Source: Patescibacteria group bacterium
GTDB lineage: Bacteria; Patescibacteriota; Microgenomatia; UBA12405
Reading direction: 5' to 3'
Assembly (NCBI GenBank): GCA_023380755.1
Contig: JAMCSD010000008.1
Coordinates: 24,592 to 88,591 of the forward strand
DNA length: 64,000 nucleotides
How positions within the stretch are numbered: position 1 is the stretch's first letter; the number at the start of each line of letters is the position of its first letter. This document shows, in pieces, positions 18,681 through 28,656 of this stretch. A model generated the notes under the pieces. That model was not told where the DNA came from, did no database searches, and was given only the letters and a program-made list of their open reading frames with translations. The position numbers were made by a program, and so were the translations under genes.

Positions 18681-20381
18681 ATGGACACGACAACTACCCT
18701 ACAGTTCGGGTTTGACACCAGAAATATTGTCAATATCTTGGCCGGCGAATACCCCACACTGAAGGACATCATCCGAGAAGGAGCGCAAAACGGGATTGAT
18801 GCCGGCGCCACACGACTGATGATCGTGCTGAACCACAAAGACAGACGGGTAGACGTGATGGATAACGGTAAAGGGGCATCTTTTGAGGAAATTAGAGCCA
18901 AGTTTTTACAAATCGGGAAGACGAATAAATCAGGGAATGTCTATGGAATGTTTGGAGTGGGATTGCTAAGCCCGATTGGGAAATGTAAGAAGGTGTTTTT
19001 TACCAGCCGCACCAAAGGGGACCATGCGTTCTATGATCTGGTGATCGACGAAAAGGAACTGCAAAAAAGCATGGGGGTACCGCAAATTGCCGTAAGGCCA
19101 TCAACAGCTGACGCCGGCAAGGAATGGTGGACCACCCGGGTGACAATGTTGGGAATTAAAGAGGACCATTACACCTGCAGATTCCCAACGCCTCAGGAAA
19201 TCGAATCGGAAATCATTTCCAACTTCAACGTCGGCTTGGAACGTAATAAGACAGACGTGGTGATCATTGTAATTAGCGAGCATGGGATTGCCGAAAAAGC
19301 GTATACCTTTAAGGCGAGGCCTTATGGGGGCGAACCGCTACCAGAGACAGAGATCAGCGACGACAGCAAACGAGGCGGGAAAGCACTTTTCCGGCTATTT
19401 GTGGTCCGATCACGACGCGGCGGCCGAGGAGTGAGTGTGGGAAATAGGGTAAACCCATCGCGAATTCGGTGGACGGATTTTGTCCGACATATGAGCCAGG
19501 AGCAGTTATCGAGCGATCTGTCTAAGGCGCTGTCGAAAGAAAGCGGCTTTTTTGAAGGAGAAATCCTGACATCAGCACTCGCGTTCTTAAATGTGGACCG
19601 GCAAACATTTAAGATGAGTGACCAACTGCTAGAATTCCTGGTGGCGATCGAGAAATGGTGGCAAACTATCGGAAAGGAGATATATGAGGAGGCGATCGAA
19701 GAAGGCCGAGACCAGGTCTACCAAGTGAGCATGTTAAATGTCTTAAGGGATGTCCAAAACACCATCCTGAAAGATGATGAGACGAGGAAGGCGCTGTACC
19801 AGGAGCTCTCGGCGATGATGAGGACAGGAACCGTGGGTGACAGCCACGCCCGAGTGCCGCGAAAAAATTTAGTCGGAGATCAACCGGATAAGTCGCTGGC
19901 AACACTGGGCGGACCGATAAAGCCGAAAAGCAATACCTACCAAGGGCACGAGATATCGGACAGACCGAAGGCCAAACAGGGAGATGTGACCACATCAGCT
20001 TTGGGGCCGATGGGCCGAAAACGACGGATCGTCAAAGATGACGGAACGGGATTGCAAATGGAAGTGGCGACGATGGCCGGAAGTTCGCTAGCATATGAGT
20101 TCATCCCGGAAATGGCATTGATCAGGATTAACAGCCGACACCCGGATTTTGCGCGGTGTGAAGACAAGAGTGATCGGGTGCTGACGCAATACATGGCCTT
20201 AATCGCCCAAGACGTTATCCTGAAGATCATTACCAGATCCCTGGAAGATGACAAGACAAACCGGATGCTGGATATGAAACGAGCGATGGCAGTCAGATCG
20301 CTGACGATGTCGCCACTGTTTAACCAGGGGGCATTGTTATCGCAAGCCCGGGAAGAGAGGGAAAAGAAAGAAAAGAAATAA
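18681..20381 (+). CDS. GHKL ATPase (MORC/HATPase_c_3-like)
   Basis: IREGAQNGIDA (ExxxN), DNGKG, GMFGVG, T.V, and C-terminal IRINSRHP. AGGAG SD before ATG 18681 (start moved). Confidence 0.85.
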   Translation: MDTTTTLQFGFDTRNIVNILAGEYPTLKDIIREGAQNGIDAGATRLMIVLNHKDRRVDVMDNGKGASFEEIRAKFLQIGKTNKSGNVYGMFGVGLLSPIGKCKKVFFTSRTKGDHAFYDLVIDEKELQKSMGVPQIAVRPSTADAGKEWWTTRVTMLGIKEDHYTCRFPTPQEIESEIISNFNVGLERNKTDVVIIVISEHGIAEKAYTFKARPYGGEPLPETEISDDSKRGGKALFRLFVVRSRRGGRGVSVGNRVNPSRIRWTDFVRHMSQEQLSSDLSKALSKESGFFEGEILTSALAFLNVDRQTFKMSDQLLEFLVAIEKWWQTIGKEIYEEAIEEGRDQVYQVSMLNVLRDVQNTILKDDETRKALYQELSAMMRTGTVGDSHARVPRKNLVGDQPDKSLATLGGPIKPKSNTYQGHEISDRPKAKQGDVTTSALGPMGRKRRIVKDDGTGLQMEVATMAGSSLAYEFIPEMALIRINSRHPDFARCEDKSDRVLTQYMALIAQDVILKIITRSLEDDKTNRMLDMKRAMAVRSLTMSPLFNQGALLSQAREEREKKEKK

Positions 20382-20397
20382 AAGTTCTCAACCAGAA

Positions 20398-20435
20398 GAT
20401 ACGCCTCCTGGGCTAACAGGCAAAGGGGGCGTATC
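20398..20435 (+). terminator. Hairpin after the GHKL ATPase gene
   Basis: GATACGCCTC ... GGGGCGTATC stem; only a weak U-tract. Confidence 0.5.
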
Positions 20436-20455
20436 GACTTATCTTAAAATAAATT

Positions 20456-20686
20456 ATGGTACGGCTATTTTTCCCACCAAAAACATTGGAAAAAATGAAG
20501 GCGATGGGGATCGCAGAGGCAGATATCGAGGATGTGTTTAATAAAGGCCAGCACGGAGTAAGCAAAGGCAATAAGATGGCAATTCGAAAATATAATGGTT
20601 ACGAAATCGGAATTTTTTATGTTATGGCGACTTTTGGCCCTTATGATTATGCAGTGGTGGCGGTATGGAAGCGGGAGAGGGGTTAA
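20456..20686 (+). CDS. DUF4258-like (RelE/BrnT-fold) small protein
   Basis: M...GI.E.DI.DV...G, ending VVAVWK. Confidence 0.5.
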   Translation: MVRLFFPPKTLEKMKAMGIAEADIEDVFNKGQHGVSKGNKMAIRKYNGYEIGIFYVMATFGPYDYAVVAVWKRERG

Positions 20687-21853
20687 TCAACGAAGGCTCT
20701 TGGCAGCATAGACGAAAGTAAGAATCAAAACGACAGCGGCTATAAGATAGGGAGAACGGATCCCAAGGGCGCTATAAAAGAAAGTACCAGTTATGGGGCC
20801 GATTAAGCGAGCCAGACTGCCAACAGATTGACTGGTACCCATGATATTCCCCTGCTCGGTGTCGGGGGTTAATTTGGAAATTAAACCAGCAAGTACCGGA
20901 CCGGAAAGGTTGTTACTGACAGCAAGAATAGTAACCGCCAAAATAAGAATGAAAATAGTCGAACTATAGGCAATTAGAACTAGGGAAAGGGCCATACCAA
21001 CCAGAGAGAAAACAATAATCTGATTCTCGGACAGCCAAGAAAGGATTTTTTTGAGGAAAAAAAGCTGTAAGAGTATGCCGACAATGCCCAAGTAGGCGAA
21101 GAGGAAGCCGTTAGCAGCGGCATCGAGACCCAGGGAATGCTGAGTAAAAAGAGCAAAGGTACCCTGCATCAGAGAAAAGGCTAACATCGTTAAAAAGGAA
21201 ATGGTGAGCAAGAGACCAACTTCAGGATGGGTAAGGGCATCAATAAAGTCTTGAAAGTTAAAAACCAATTTAGGCTTCGGGGAGCGGTTAGCAGATGAAT
21301 GACTTTCCCGGCGGGACTCGGGAAGGAAAAAATAGGTTAACAAGGTGGCAACGAGAGCGGCAAAGGCGGCCACAAAGGCGGGAACAGCATAACCGTAGCG
21401 GGAAAGAAAACCACCCAAAGCCGGGCCAAGGATAAAACCGAGACTAAAGGCAGCCATCATTACCCCCATGCTTTGAGTACGATTTTCCTTGGTGGTAACA
21501 TCGGCAATATAGGCTTGAGCGGTGGAAATGTTGCCACCAGAGGCGCCATCGACAATCCGTGCCAAAAAGAGAACGGGGACAGACTTGGCCAGACCTAATA
21601 ACAAAAAAGAAAGGGTGGTGCCGCCAATAGAAAACAACAAAATGGGGCGGCGGCCATATTTATCGGATAACTCCCCTAAGATAGGCGAAGATAGTAACTG
21701 AAAGAGGGAGTAGGCGGCAGAAATCAGGCCAATAGTGAGAGGGCCAGCGCCAAAGCTTTCGACATAATAAGGTAAAAGGGGCAAGATGATGCCAAAACCC
21801 AAGAGATTGACAAAAATGATCAAAAAAATAATCCAGAGTCTTTTATCGGCCAT
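20687..21853 (-). CDS. MFS efflux transporter (TetA/DHA1-like)
   Basis: GELSDKYGRRP motif A, GFILGPALGG motif C, about 12 TM. Confidence 0.93.
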   Translation of the reverse strand: MADKRLWIIFLIIFVNLLGFGIILPLLPYYVESFGAGPLTIGLISAAYSLFQLLSSPILGELSDKYGRRPILLFSIGGTTLSFLLLGLAKSVPVLFLARIVDGASGGNISTAQAYIADVTTKENRTQSMGVMMAAFSLGFILGPALGGFLSRYGYAVPAFVAAFAALVATLLTYFFLPESRRESHSSANRSPKPKLVFNFQDFIDALTHPEVGLLLTISFLTMLAFSLMQGTFALFTQHSLGLDAAANGFLFAYLGIVGILLQLFFLKKILSWLSENQIIVFSLVGMALSLVLIAYSSTIFILILAVTILAVSNNLSGPVLAGLISKLTPDTEQGNIMGTSQSVGSLARLIGPITGTFFYSALGIRSPYLIAAVVLILTFVYAAKSLR

Positions 21854-21969
21854 ATATGGGAAAAGGTAAATAAGGGCTTAGAAGTTTAACACGTCAATTG
21901 CCGACATGGGAAGGAATGGGGTATACTAATATTATATTAGTAGTAGTTACTTTTTGACAGGAGGGCTAT

Positions 21970-22725
21970 ATGAGATTGTTGGCACTACTACTGCTTTCAT
22001 GGATTTTGACCACGGGCCAAGGCCTGTTCACCCAACTACAAACAACACCTTACAATCCAAAAAATAATGAGGCAGTAGTCAAAACAATTAGTGACCAGTC
22101 TTCAGCAGTAGTAATGATTAGAGGGTTTGGGATGAGCCCATCGCGAATGAGATTATGGCGAAGCGGTGATTCGATTGTCCAATCAACCGAGGGAACAGGA
22201 TTTATTATTGACAGTTCGGGGACAATTCTGACCAATAAACACGTGGTCGATAATTCGGGAGAAACTTACTCGGTAATTACCAGCAACGGATTGAGGTATT
22301 CGGTGGTATCGATTAACCGGGATCCGAGTAATGATGTGGCGGTGGTAAAAATTAACCCAAATGAACACCAGGGAGAAGCGCTAAAAGCATTAAGCTTAGG
22401 AGATTCAGATAATATTCAGGTGGGAGAGCAGGTGGTGGCCATGGGAGATGATCCGGGAAATACCTCGCCAACAATTTTAAGCGGTTTTATTATTGGGCGA
22501 GGAGACACGATAGTGGCGGAAGATTACCAGAGTAGTAATTCGGAAAAACTGTCTAACGTGATTGAAACCGATTTGGGATTAGTCCCGGGAAATTCGGGCA
22601 GCCCACTCTTGAATCAATCAGGAAAAGTGATCGGAATTAACACGGCAATATCGGGGGGACTGGAAACCATGAGTTTTGCCATACCGATTAATGCAGTAAA
22701 GGATTTTGTAAAAAACAATCAATAG
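21970..22725 (+). CDS. Trypsin-like (HtrA/S1C, no PDZ) serine protease
   Basis: GTGF, TNKHVV, DVAVVK, PGNSGSPL catalytic triad; signal peptide. Confidence 0.92.
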   Translation: MRLLALLLLSWILTTGQGLFTQLQTTPYNPKNNEAVVKTISDQSSAVVMIRGFGMSPSRMRLWRSGDSIVQSTEGTGFIIDSSGTILTNKHVVDNSGETYSVITSNGLRYSVVSINRDPSNDVAVVKINPNEHQGEALKALSLGDSDNIQVGEQVVAMGDDPGNTSPTILSGFIIGRGDTIVAEDYQSSNSEKLSNVIETDLGLVPGNSGSPLLNQSGKVIGINTAISGGLETMSFAIPINAVKDFVKNNQ

Positions 22726-22783
22726 CAGTTGTAATAAAAAATTCAGTTGGGACGTATTAATAGGTTATTAATTAAATTTTATT

Positions 22784-23434
22784 ATGAAATTAAGACAATG
22801 GATATTAAGTGGAGTGTTAATGATGCCAGTGCTGGCACTCCCCTGGCAGGTTCAGGCGTGGAACAATAAAACCACAGTCCATAATAGGCTGCAGAGTAAT
22901 GAAGAAACTAGGGAAAGAAAGATAGCGGCAACCCGGAGAGCGCGAATAATCAACCCCAGTCGCCGGGGAACCCTAAGTAATATTGACGGAACAACGCTAA
23001 TATTGACAGCAACTGACGGAAAAACATATACGGTAAATATTAATAGTAATACGGTCTTAAGAAGGAGATTTGGAGGACTCTCCAATTTGGGTGAATTTAG
23101 TAATGGCGACCAATTGCTGGTAATGGGACCAGTAGACACAACGAATAAGACAATTACAGCCCGGACAATATGGGATAATTCAATCCAAAAGTTCAACGGA
23201 ACCTTTTTGGGAACAGTGACTCCAATCGATAATACCAGCTTTACATTAAGCTCAGCCAAAAGGGGCGAGCAAAAGGTGGTTTTTGAGACGAATATCAAGT
23301 TTGTAAACAGCCAAGGCAAGATGATGGCGGCAACCGACATTAAGGCAAACGACAAGGTCCGAGTGTCGGGATTATGGGACAGCAAACATAAGCAAATCAC
23401 GGAAGTAAAGACAGTACGAGATTTATCGTCCTAA
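22784..23434 (+). CDS. Secreted DUF5666-like tandem OB-fold protein
   Basis: Signal peptide; two repeats of G.....G..L......V....T ... GD...V.G. Confidence 0.65.
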   Translation: MKLRQWILSGVLMMPVLALPWQVQAWNNKTTVHNRLQSNEETRERKIAATRRARIINPSRRGTLSNIDGTTLILTATDGKTYTVNINSNTVLRRRFGGLSNLGEFSNGDQLLVMGPVDTTNKTITARTIWDNSIQKFNGTFLGTVTPIDNTSFTLSSAKRGEQKVVFETNIKFVNSQGKMMAATDIKANDKVRVSGLWDSKHKQITEVKTVRDLSS

Positions 23435-23454
23435 CGGTTAGAGTTGGTGCTGAC

Positions 23455-23485
23455 AAAAACCGGCAGTTTATTCTGCCGGTTTTTT
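23455..23485. terminator. Bidirectional intrinsic terminator
   Basis: AAAAACCGGCAG-TTTATT-CTGCCGGTTTTTT between convergent genes. Confidence 0.9.
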
Positions 23486-23495
23486 AAGGAATTAG

Positions 23496-23999
23496 TTATT
23501 TGTAGTACTCGCGAATTTGGAAGAGAATCCACAAAGAAAGAGCGGTGGAGATAAGAAAGCTAACAATATTGAGGGAAACTAAGTTGTAAACAGCATTCAG
23601 TAAGGCAGCATAATAAGCCAGGTTCCAACCAGAGCGGCGACGTTTAATTAAGCCGGGAACGGCAAGAGCCTCCAGGACCAGAGTGATAATCAAGAAGACA
23701 ACGGAAAAGGAGAAGTGGAGGCCAGAAGAAACACCACCGTAGTAACTAACAGGAGCAAGAAGAGCACTGACGCCGAGAACGAAAAGAAGGCCAGGCAAAG
23801 AAAGAAGGAGAATTATTAAGGTAATATAAGGACCATATTTAACGATCGCTTCCTTAACATTGGTGGGAAGAGCCGGGGCCTTGCGAAGGAAAAGGTCTTC
23901 TAAAAAATTGTTGGCTTGGGAGACAGTAGCATTGAGATCATTTGAACTAGTGTTAGATGGTTTGGCGGCTTTAGCCGTAGTTTTTGTTGATTTTTCCAT
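23496..23999 (-). CDS. Hypothetical membrane protein
   Basis: P.LP...KE.IVK..P then 4 TM, ending LFQIREYYK. Start moved to 23999. Confidence 0.75.
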   Translation of the reverse strand: MEKSTKTTAKAAKPSNTSSNDLNATVSQANNFLEDLFLRKAPALPTNVKEAIVKYGPYITLIILLLSLPGLLFVLGVSALLAPVSYYGGVSSGLHFSFSVVFLIITLVLEALAVPGLIKRRRSGWNLAYYAALLNAVYNLVSLNIVSFLISTALSLWILFQIREYYK

Positions 24000-24035
24000 A
24001 GCCAATTATGGCACAGTAATTTAGTAGGAGTCAAG

Positions 24036-25007
24036 TCAGGGGGAGTTAGAACGAAAAAAGTCGAGGTCGCGATTAAGAGCTTGGGTCCAATGTTTGGCTA
24101 AATCATGATTATCGTTAGGGTAGGAATAAAAAGTAACCGGAAGACGGGAGGCTTGGAGACTTTCAGCCAGTTGCTGACCCCAGACATAAGGGACGACGGG
24201 GTCAGTAGGACTGTGATGGATGATAATCGGAGCGTGAAGCTTGCCAAGGTGACTAGAAGAAGAAAATTGGGCGGCCCCATAAGTATCCAATAAGTGGTCG
24301 AGTGTATCGGAAAAATTGGGGGTTAAAGTTTCGTAGGGGTGTTTAGCACTCATAAAATAGGTCAGATTGAGGGGATAGGTGGTGACAGCCGGAGCCCATA
24401 AAGAAAGACCTTTAATGTCCGGGGAGACTTCGGCCACCAAAAGACTGACATCGGCACCCATGGAGTGACCATAGAGAAATATCCGCTGAGGATTAGCAGA
24501 AGGAAGGCTGGGAATACCAGAAAGGAGATTGAGGACATCAACGGCATATTGCTGATGGCTAATAGCCGCGGAAATGGAACCCTGAGACTGATCGTGGCCA
24601 CGATAATCGGGCTTGAGGACTAAAAAGCCATGAGAGGCGTAAAAATTAACAGTATTGCGGTAAGAATCCGGGGTGGAATAAAGACGGGGAGTAATGTGGC
24701 CATGATTGACAATAATGACCGGCCAGCCGTTAACTGGAGGTTTGCCCGCGGGGATAACCATGAGAGCATAAAGCATAAGATTTTCAGAATGATAAGAGAG
24801 CAAATAGGAACGGAGGGTGGCGGAGGAACTTAATTGTTTTTCAACAGTTAAAGGGTTATGGGGCGTGACGTGAGTTAGGAGGCGGCTCTGACCATAGGGG
24901 TGATCAGGGGGAAGATGAACTTCCTCAATCCGTTCGGGAATGACAAAAGTACGATAGAGGGTGTAAATTAAGCCGGCGGTTAACAGGAGTACCAGGAGTT
25001 TCCACAC
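24036..25007 (-). CDS. Alpha/beta hydrolase (S9 peptidase-like)
   Basis: NHG, PDYRGH, GHSMG nucleophile, D.VVP, terminal H. Confidence 0.9.
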   Translation of the reverse strand: MWKLLVLLLTAGLIYTLYRTFVIPERIEEVHLPPDHPYGQSRLLTHVTPHNPLTVEKQLSSSATLRSYLLSYHSENLMLYALMVIPAGKPPVNGWPVIIVNHGHITPRLYSTPDSYRNTVNFYASHGFLVLKPDYRGHDQSQGSISAAISHQQYAVDVLNLLSGIPSLPSANPQRIFLYGHSMGADVSLLVAEVSPDIKGLSLWAPAVTTYPLNLTYFMSAKHPYETLTPNFSDTLDHLLDTYGAAQFSSSSHLGKLHAPIIIHHSPTDPVVPYVWGQQLAESLQASRLPVTFYSYPNDNHDLAKHWTQALNRDLDFFRSNSP

Positions 25008-25021
25008 AAATAATTATATAG

Positions 25022-25525
25022 CTACCTGACGGTTAGAGTACCAACCATACCCATTTGCCGGTGGCTGTCGACCGGACAATAAAACTGATAAGTACCGGGT
25101 TTATCGGCAACAAAAGAAATAGTGTCATTTTGACCGTCGGAAACCAGTTGGCTTTGAACATTAAATTCATCGATAGCAAAACCATGGGGACCGCCGGCAC
25201 CATTAAGAGTAATCTGAACCGTATCACCATGATTAACAGTAATTTGGTTGGGAGTAAACTGATAATTACTGGCAGCAATGGTAAATTTGCGAACCATACC
25301 GGTGGTGGCGGGAGAGGTTTGGTTGAAAGTGGCGGGAAGAGTGCTTAAAGGAACAATAGTAACGGCGGGTGTCAGGCTGGTAATGGGAGTCGGGGTAACG
25401 GTGCCGGTGACGGTGACAACCGGCTGGACCACGGTAGGATTAGGAATGACGCGGCGACCAAAAACGACAGCTAAAACAATAATAACGACCAACAGAGCGA
25501 CGATAAACAAACCATTATTACCCAT
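25022..25525 (-). CDS. Membrane-anchored cupredoxin (plastocyanin-like)
   Basis: PH.F ... FYCPVDSHRQMGM gives the type-1 Cu ligand set H, C, H, M. Confidence 0.9.
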   Translation of the reverse strand: MGNNGLFIVALLVVIIVLAVVFGRRVIPNPTVVQPVVTVTGTVTPTPITSLTPAVTIVPLSTLPATFNQTSPATTGMVRKFTIAASNYQFTPNQITVNHGDTVQITLNGAGGPHGFAIDEFNVQSQLVSDGQNDTISFVADKPGTYQFYCPVDSHRQMGMVGTLTVR

Positions 25526-25572
25526 AACTATCTCCTATTAAATCCGTATTAGTTAAATAATTCTACCACAAA

Positions 25573-26694
25573 TTAGACCAATCGGGAGAGTAGTGGTAAG
25601 GTTTTAAAGAGACGGACTAAGGTAAAAGAGAGAATGATGGTGCTTAAAATGGTGAGCACGAACCAATAATAAGGATGGGTTGATAAAAGACTGGCAAAGG
25701 GATGAACAAGAAGGAAGATGTCAATAATAGCCGGATGGATAAGGTAAACCCCCATAGTAAGATTGGCAAGTTTGTCGAGGGGAAAGATTTTAAGAATACT
25801 TAAAAAGGATGAAGGTGCCCGGATGAGAAAGAAAAAGATAATCAAAGAAGGAATAGCAGTAAGAAGGGAGAGGCGGTGACTTAAAAAAGCACCCTGATCA
25901 GTAAGGCCAAACCGGGAAATAAAGTGGTAATCACCAACGGTAGCGAGGAATAAGCAAAGAGGAATCAGAAGAAGCAGCCAGCGGGAAGTCCCCCACTGCC
26001 GCCGAGAGGCCCAAATCCCAGCCAAGTAATAGCCGATGTACAAGATGAACCAAGTTGGCAGCTGGTTTAGCTGAGGCCACCAGAACCAGGTGGTGGCAAT
26101 TAAATAGGCATTGGACAAAAATAAAAGAACGGGAACAAGAAGAGTAAAAATGGGCTTAGTAATGACTTTTTGAAGGAGAGGGGTAATCAAATAGAGACCA
26201 AGAATTAAATCAAGAAAATAGAGATGGTAATAAGTGCCACCATTGTAAAAACGTTCAAAGAATTCCGAAAGATCAAGAACGCGAGCGCCGGTAAGCTTAT
26301 CTAAAAGATAATAGATGATGTTCCAGGCGAGGAAAGGCAGGAGAAGACGATTTAAGCGGCGGCGATAAAAATCTTTGACATTAATTAAGCGACGGGAATT
26401 GAGTAATAGATAGCCGCTAATCATAACAAACAAGGGAGTACCAAAACGAGGAATTTGATTGAGAACCATGAAGGGCAGCCAAGAGGGATTATCGATCTTT
26501 CCAAAAAGTTTATAGAGAGGATCAGAAGCATGAATAGTAACAATGGCTACGGCTGACAAAAGCCGGATGAGGTCGATTTGGTAGAGATGTTCTTTGGTGG
26601 GAAGATTTTCGGAGGTCACAAGGAACTCTATAAGAGAGAGGTGAGAAGCAGCTGAGAGCTTAGGCTTGGATCTTCTCGAAAAGATAACTGCCAA
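25573..26694 (-). CDS. Acyltransferase family 3 (OafA/WecH-like)
   Basis: D..R......V...H, PLFVMISGYLL, RR..RL..PFL.W, YHLYFL, GVYLIHP. True start may be GTG 26619. Confidence 0.9.
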   Translation of the reverse strand: MAVIFSRRSKPKLSAASHLSLIEFLVTSENLPTKEHLYQIDLIRLLSAVAIVTIHASDPLYKLFGKIDNPSWLPFMVLNQIPRFGTPLFVMISGYLLLNSRRLINVKDFYRRRLNRLLLPFLAWNIIYYLLDKLTGARVLDLSEFFERFYNGGTYYHLYFLDLILGLYLITPLLQKVITKPIFTLLVPVLLFLSNAYLIATTWFWWPQLNQLPTWFILYIGYYLAGIWASRRQWGTSRWLLLLIPLCLFLATVGDYHFISRFGLTDQGAFLSHRLSLLTAIPSLIIFFFLIRAPSSFLSILKIFPLDKLANLTMGVYLIHPAIIDIFLLVHPFASLLSTHPYYWFVLTILSTIILSFTLVRLFKTLPLLSRLV

Positions 26695-27406
26695 GAATTA
26701 AGAGAAGAGTGGTTAAGGTGAGGAGAAGGAAAAGATCGAAGGTAACACCAAAACGAGAAACATTAATCAGTGTATCACGGAAACCGTCAACACCATAAGT
26801 CAGGGGGTCAATTTTGGCAATAAAGGCAATGAGGGGCGGCAAACCCTGAAGGGGAAAAAGGGCACCAGAAAGGAAATAAATGGGCATAATCAAAAAATTG
26901 ATAATCACCTGAAAACCCTGCATATCTTCTAATAAAGAAGCAATAATGGTTCCCAGAGAAGTAAAGAAAACGGCGACCAAAAACATGAAGATGAAAGCCA
27001 GGGGGAGAAGGGCAAAATTTGCCGGGCGAAAGCCAACTAAGAGGGTTAACAGAAATACAATTATCCCTTGGATAACAGCCACAGTAGCCCCACCAAGAGT
27101 TTTCCCAAGAATAATGGAAAGGCGAGAGACAGGAGCCACTAAGGTTTCTTTAAGAAAGCCAAACTGACGATCCCAAATAAGATCGATACCAGAAAAGACA
27201 CCGGTAAAAAGAACACTCATGAGAATAATACCGGGAGCAAGAAATTGAATATAGTTGCCATTTCCCGCCCGCTGATAAATAGAGCCGAAACCAAAACCAA
27301 AAGCAATCAAGAAAAGAAGCGGTTGGCCAAGGGAACCAATCATCCGAGAACGAGAACGGAAATATTTTTTAAGCTGACGCAGCCAAAGGATATAAATAGT
27401 AGTCAT
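26660..27406 (-). CDS. ABC-2 transporter permease
   Basis: PG I, DRQFGFLKE.LVAP.SR, FLSGALFP, PLTYGVD. Confidence 0.93.
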   Translation of the reverse strand: MTTIYILWLRQLKKYFRSRSRMIGSLGQPLLFLIAFGFGFGSIYQRAGNGNYIQFLAPGIILMSVLFTGVFSGIDLIWDRQFGFLKETLVAPVSRLSIILGKTLGGATVAVIQGIIVFLLTLLVGFRPANFALLPLAFIFMFLVAVFFTSLGTIIASLLEDMQGFQVIINFLIMPIYFLSGALFPLQGLPPLIAFIAKIDPLTYGVDGFRDTLINVSRFGVTFDLFLLLTLTTLLLILGSYLFEKIQA

Positions 27407-27409
27407 AGG

Positions 27410-28210
27410 TTAACGATGCCGCAGCTGCCGCCGCTGGCGAAGACGATCCAAACTACTAACTTCTTCTTGGCGGATTTCGTGGCCAGTTAGGGCCAGGAAA
27501 GCATCTTCTAAAGAGGCGGTATGGGTGGATTTTTGTAAATCATTAACAGTACCAGTAGCAATAATTTGGCCATGGTCAATGATAGAAATGCGTTGGGCAA
27601 CCCGAGCGGCTTCTTCCATGTAATGAGTGGTAAAGAAAATGGTCATATGTTCGGTGGTGTTAATCTCTTTAAGATAGTTCCACATATGGTTGCGGGTTTG
27701 GGGATCGAGACCGAGAGTGGGTTCATCTAGAAAAAGGACTTCAGGATGATGCAGCAGACCGCGGGCAATTTCGAGACGGCGTTTCATGCCGCCGGAAAAA
27801 TTTTTAACAAGATCATCTTTACGATCCCAAAGCTCAACAAACTGCATTAACTGCTGAATGCGGGGATGGCGTTCGGACGCAGGAACGTGATACATAATGG
27901 CGTGAAATTCCATATTTTCATAAGCAGTAAGATCTTCGTCTAAACTCGGATCCTGAAAAACAATGCCAAAGGATCGGCGAACGGCAGCTTTGCTGTCTTG
28001 GGGATTAGCATGGTTTAAACGAATTTCTCCGGAGGTAGGATCAAGGAGGGTGGTAAGCATTTTGATGGTAGTACTCTTTCCAGCACCGTTGGGGCCCAAA
28101 AAAGCAAAAATTTCACCGCGAGTAACTGAAAAGGAAATATCATTGACAGCCGAGAGATTACCGAACTTCTTGACGAGGTGAGTAACAGCAATAATCGGTT
28201 CATTATTCAT
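27410..28210 (-). CDS. ABC transporter ATP-binding protein (DrrA-like)
   Basis: GPNGAGKST, FSGGM, LDEPT, TTH. Confidence 0.95.
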   Translation of the reverse strand: MNNEPIIAVTHLVKKFGNLSAVNDISFSVTRGEIFAFLGPNGAGKSTTIKMLTTLLDPTSGEIRLNHANPQDSKAAVRRSFGIVFQDPSLDEDLTAYENMEFHAIMYHVPASERHPRIQQLMQFVELWDRKDDLVKNFSGGMKRRLEIARGLLHHPEVLFLDEPTLGLDPQTRNHMWNYLKEINTTEHMTIFFTTHYMEEAARVAQRISIIDHGQIIATGTVNDLQKSTHTASLEDAFLALTGHEIRQEEVSSLDRLRQRRQLRHR

Positions 28211-28250
28211 GAATATGCTATTTTACCTTAATAGGTTACAATTGGAGATA

Positions 28251-28526
28251 ATGGCGCGGGTAAAAAATAAACCAGAAAAAAGGTTGTCATCGCGGATGTT
28301 ATGGCTGATTTTTGGGTTAGGATTGGCAGGTTTATCGGGATGGAACATTTCGGGGTGGGCACAACGAAATTTTGAAACTATTTGCCATAACTACCAATAC
28401 AATGATTGCATGAAATTTTATTGGCAGACCCTCCCCTACTTCCGAGATTTGATGGCAGCGGGACTGGGAACGGTAGTGATAGTAGTAATAACCTGGTTGA
28501 AGGATAGGACAAAAGTTAAAGCCTGA
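28251..28526 (+). CDS. Small hypothetical membrane protein
   Basis: 2 TM flanking C-x6-C; TACAAT before ATG 28251 (start moved). Confidence 0.6.
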   Translation: MARVKNKPEKRLSSRMLWLIFGLGLAGLSGWNISGWAQRNFETICHNYQYNDCMKFYWQTLPYFRDLMAAGLGTVVIVVITWLKDRTKVKA

Positions 28527-28656
28527 ACCTAAAGAAGGCAAATACCAAAAAAGGCGGTATCTGCCGTCTGGCTGGGTATCCGCCTTTCAAGGATTGAGAT
28601 AGAGTATTTTATTCACTCCACTATATAATACGAAGATGGTAAGAGTTTATTACAAG

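Noticed and set aside
21925..21943. TACTAATATTATATTAGTA palindrome as a BlaI box
   Set aside because: 19 bp with different inner bases; AT-rich palindromes arise easily. It may still be another regulator's site.
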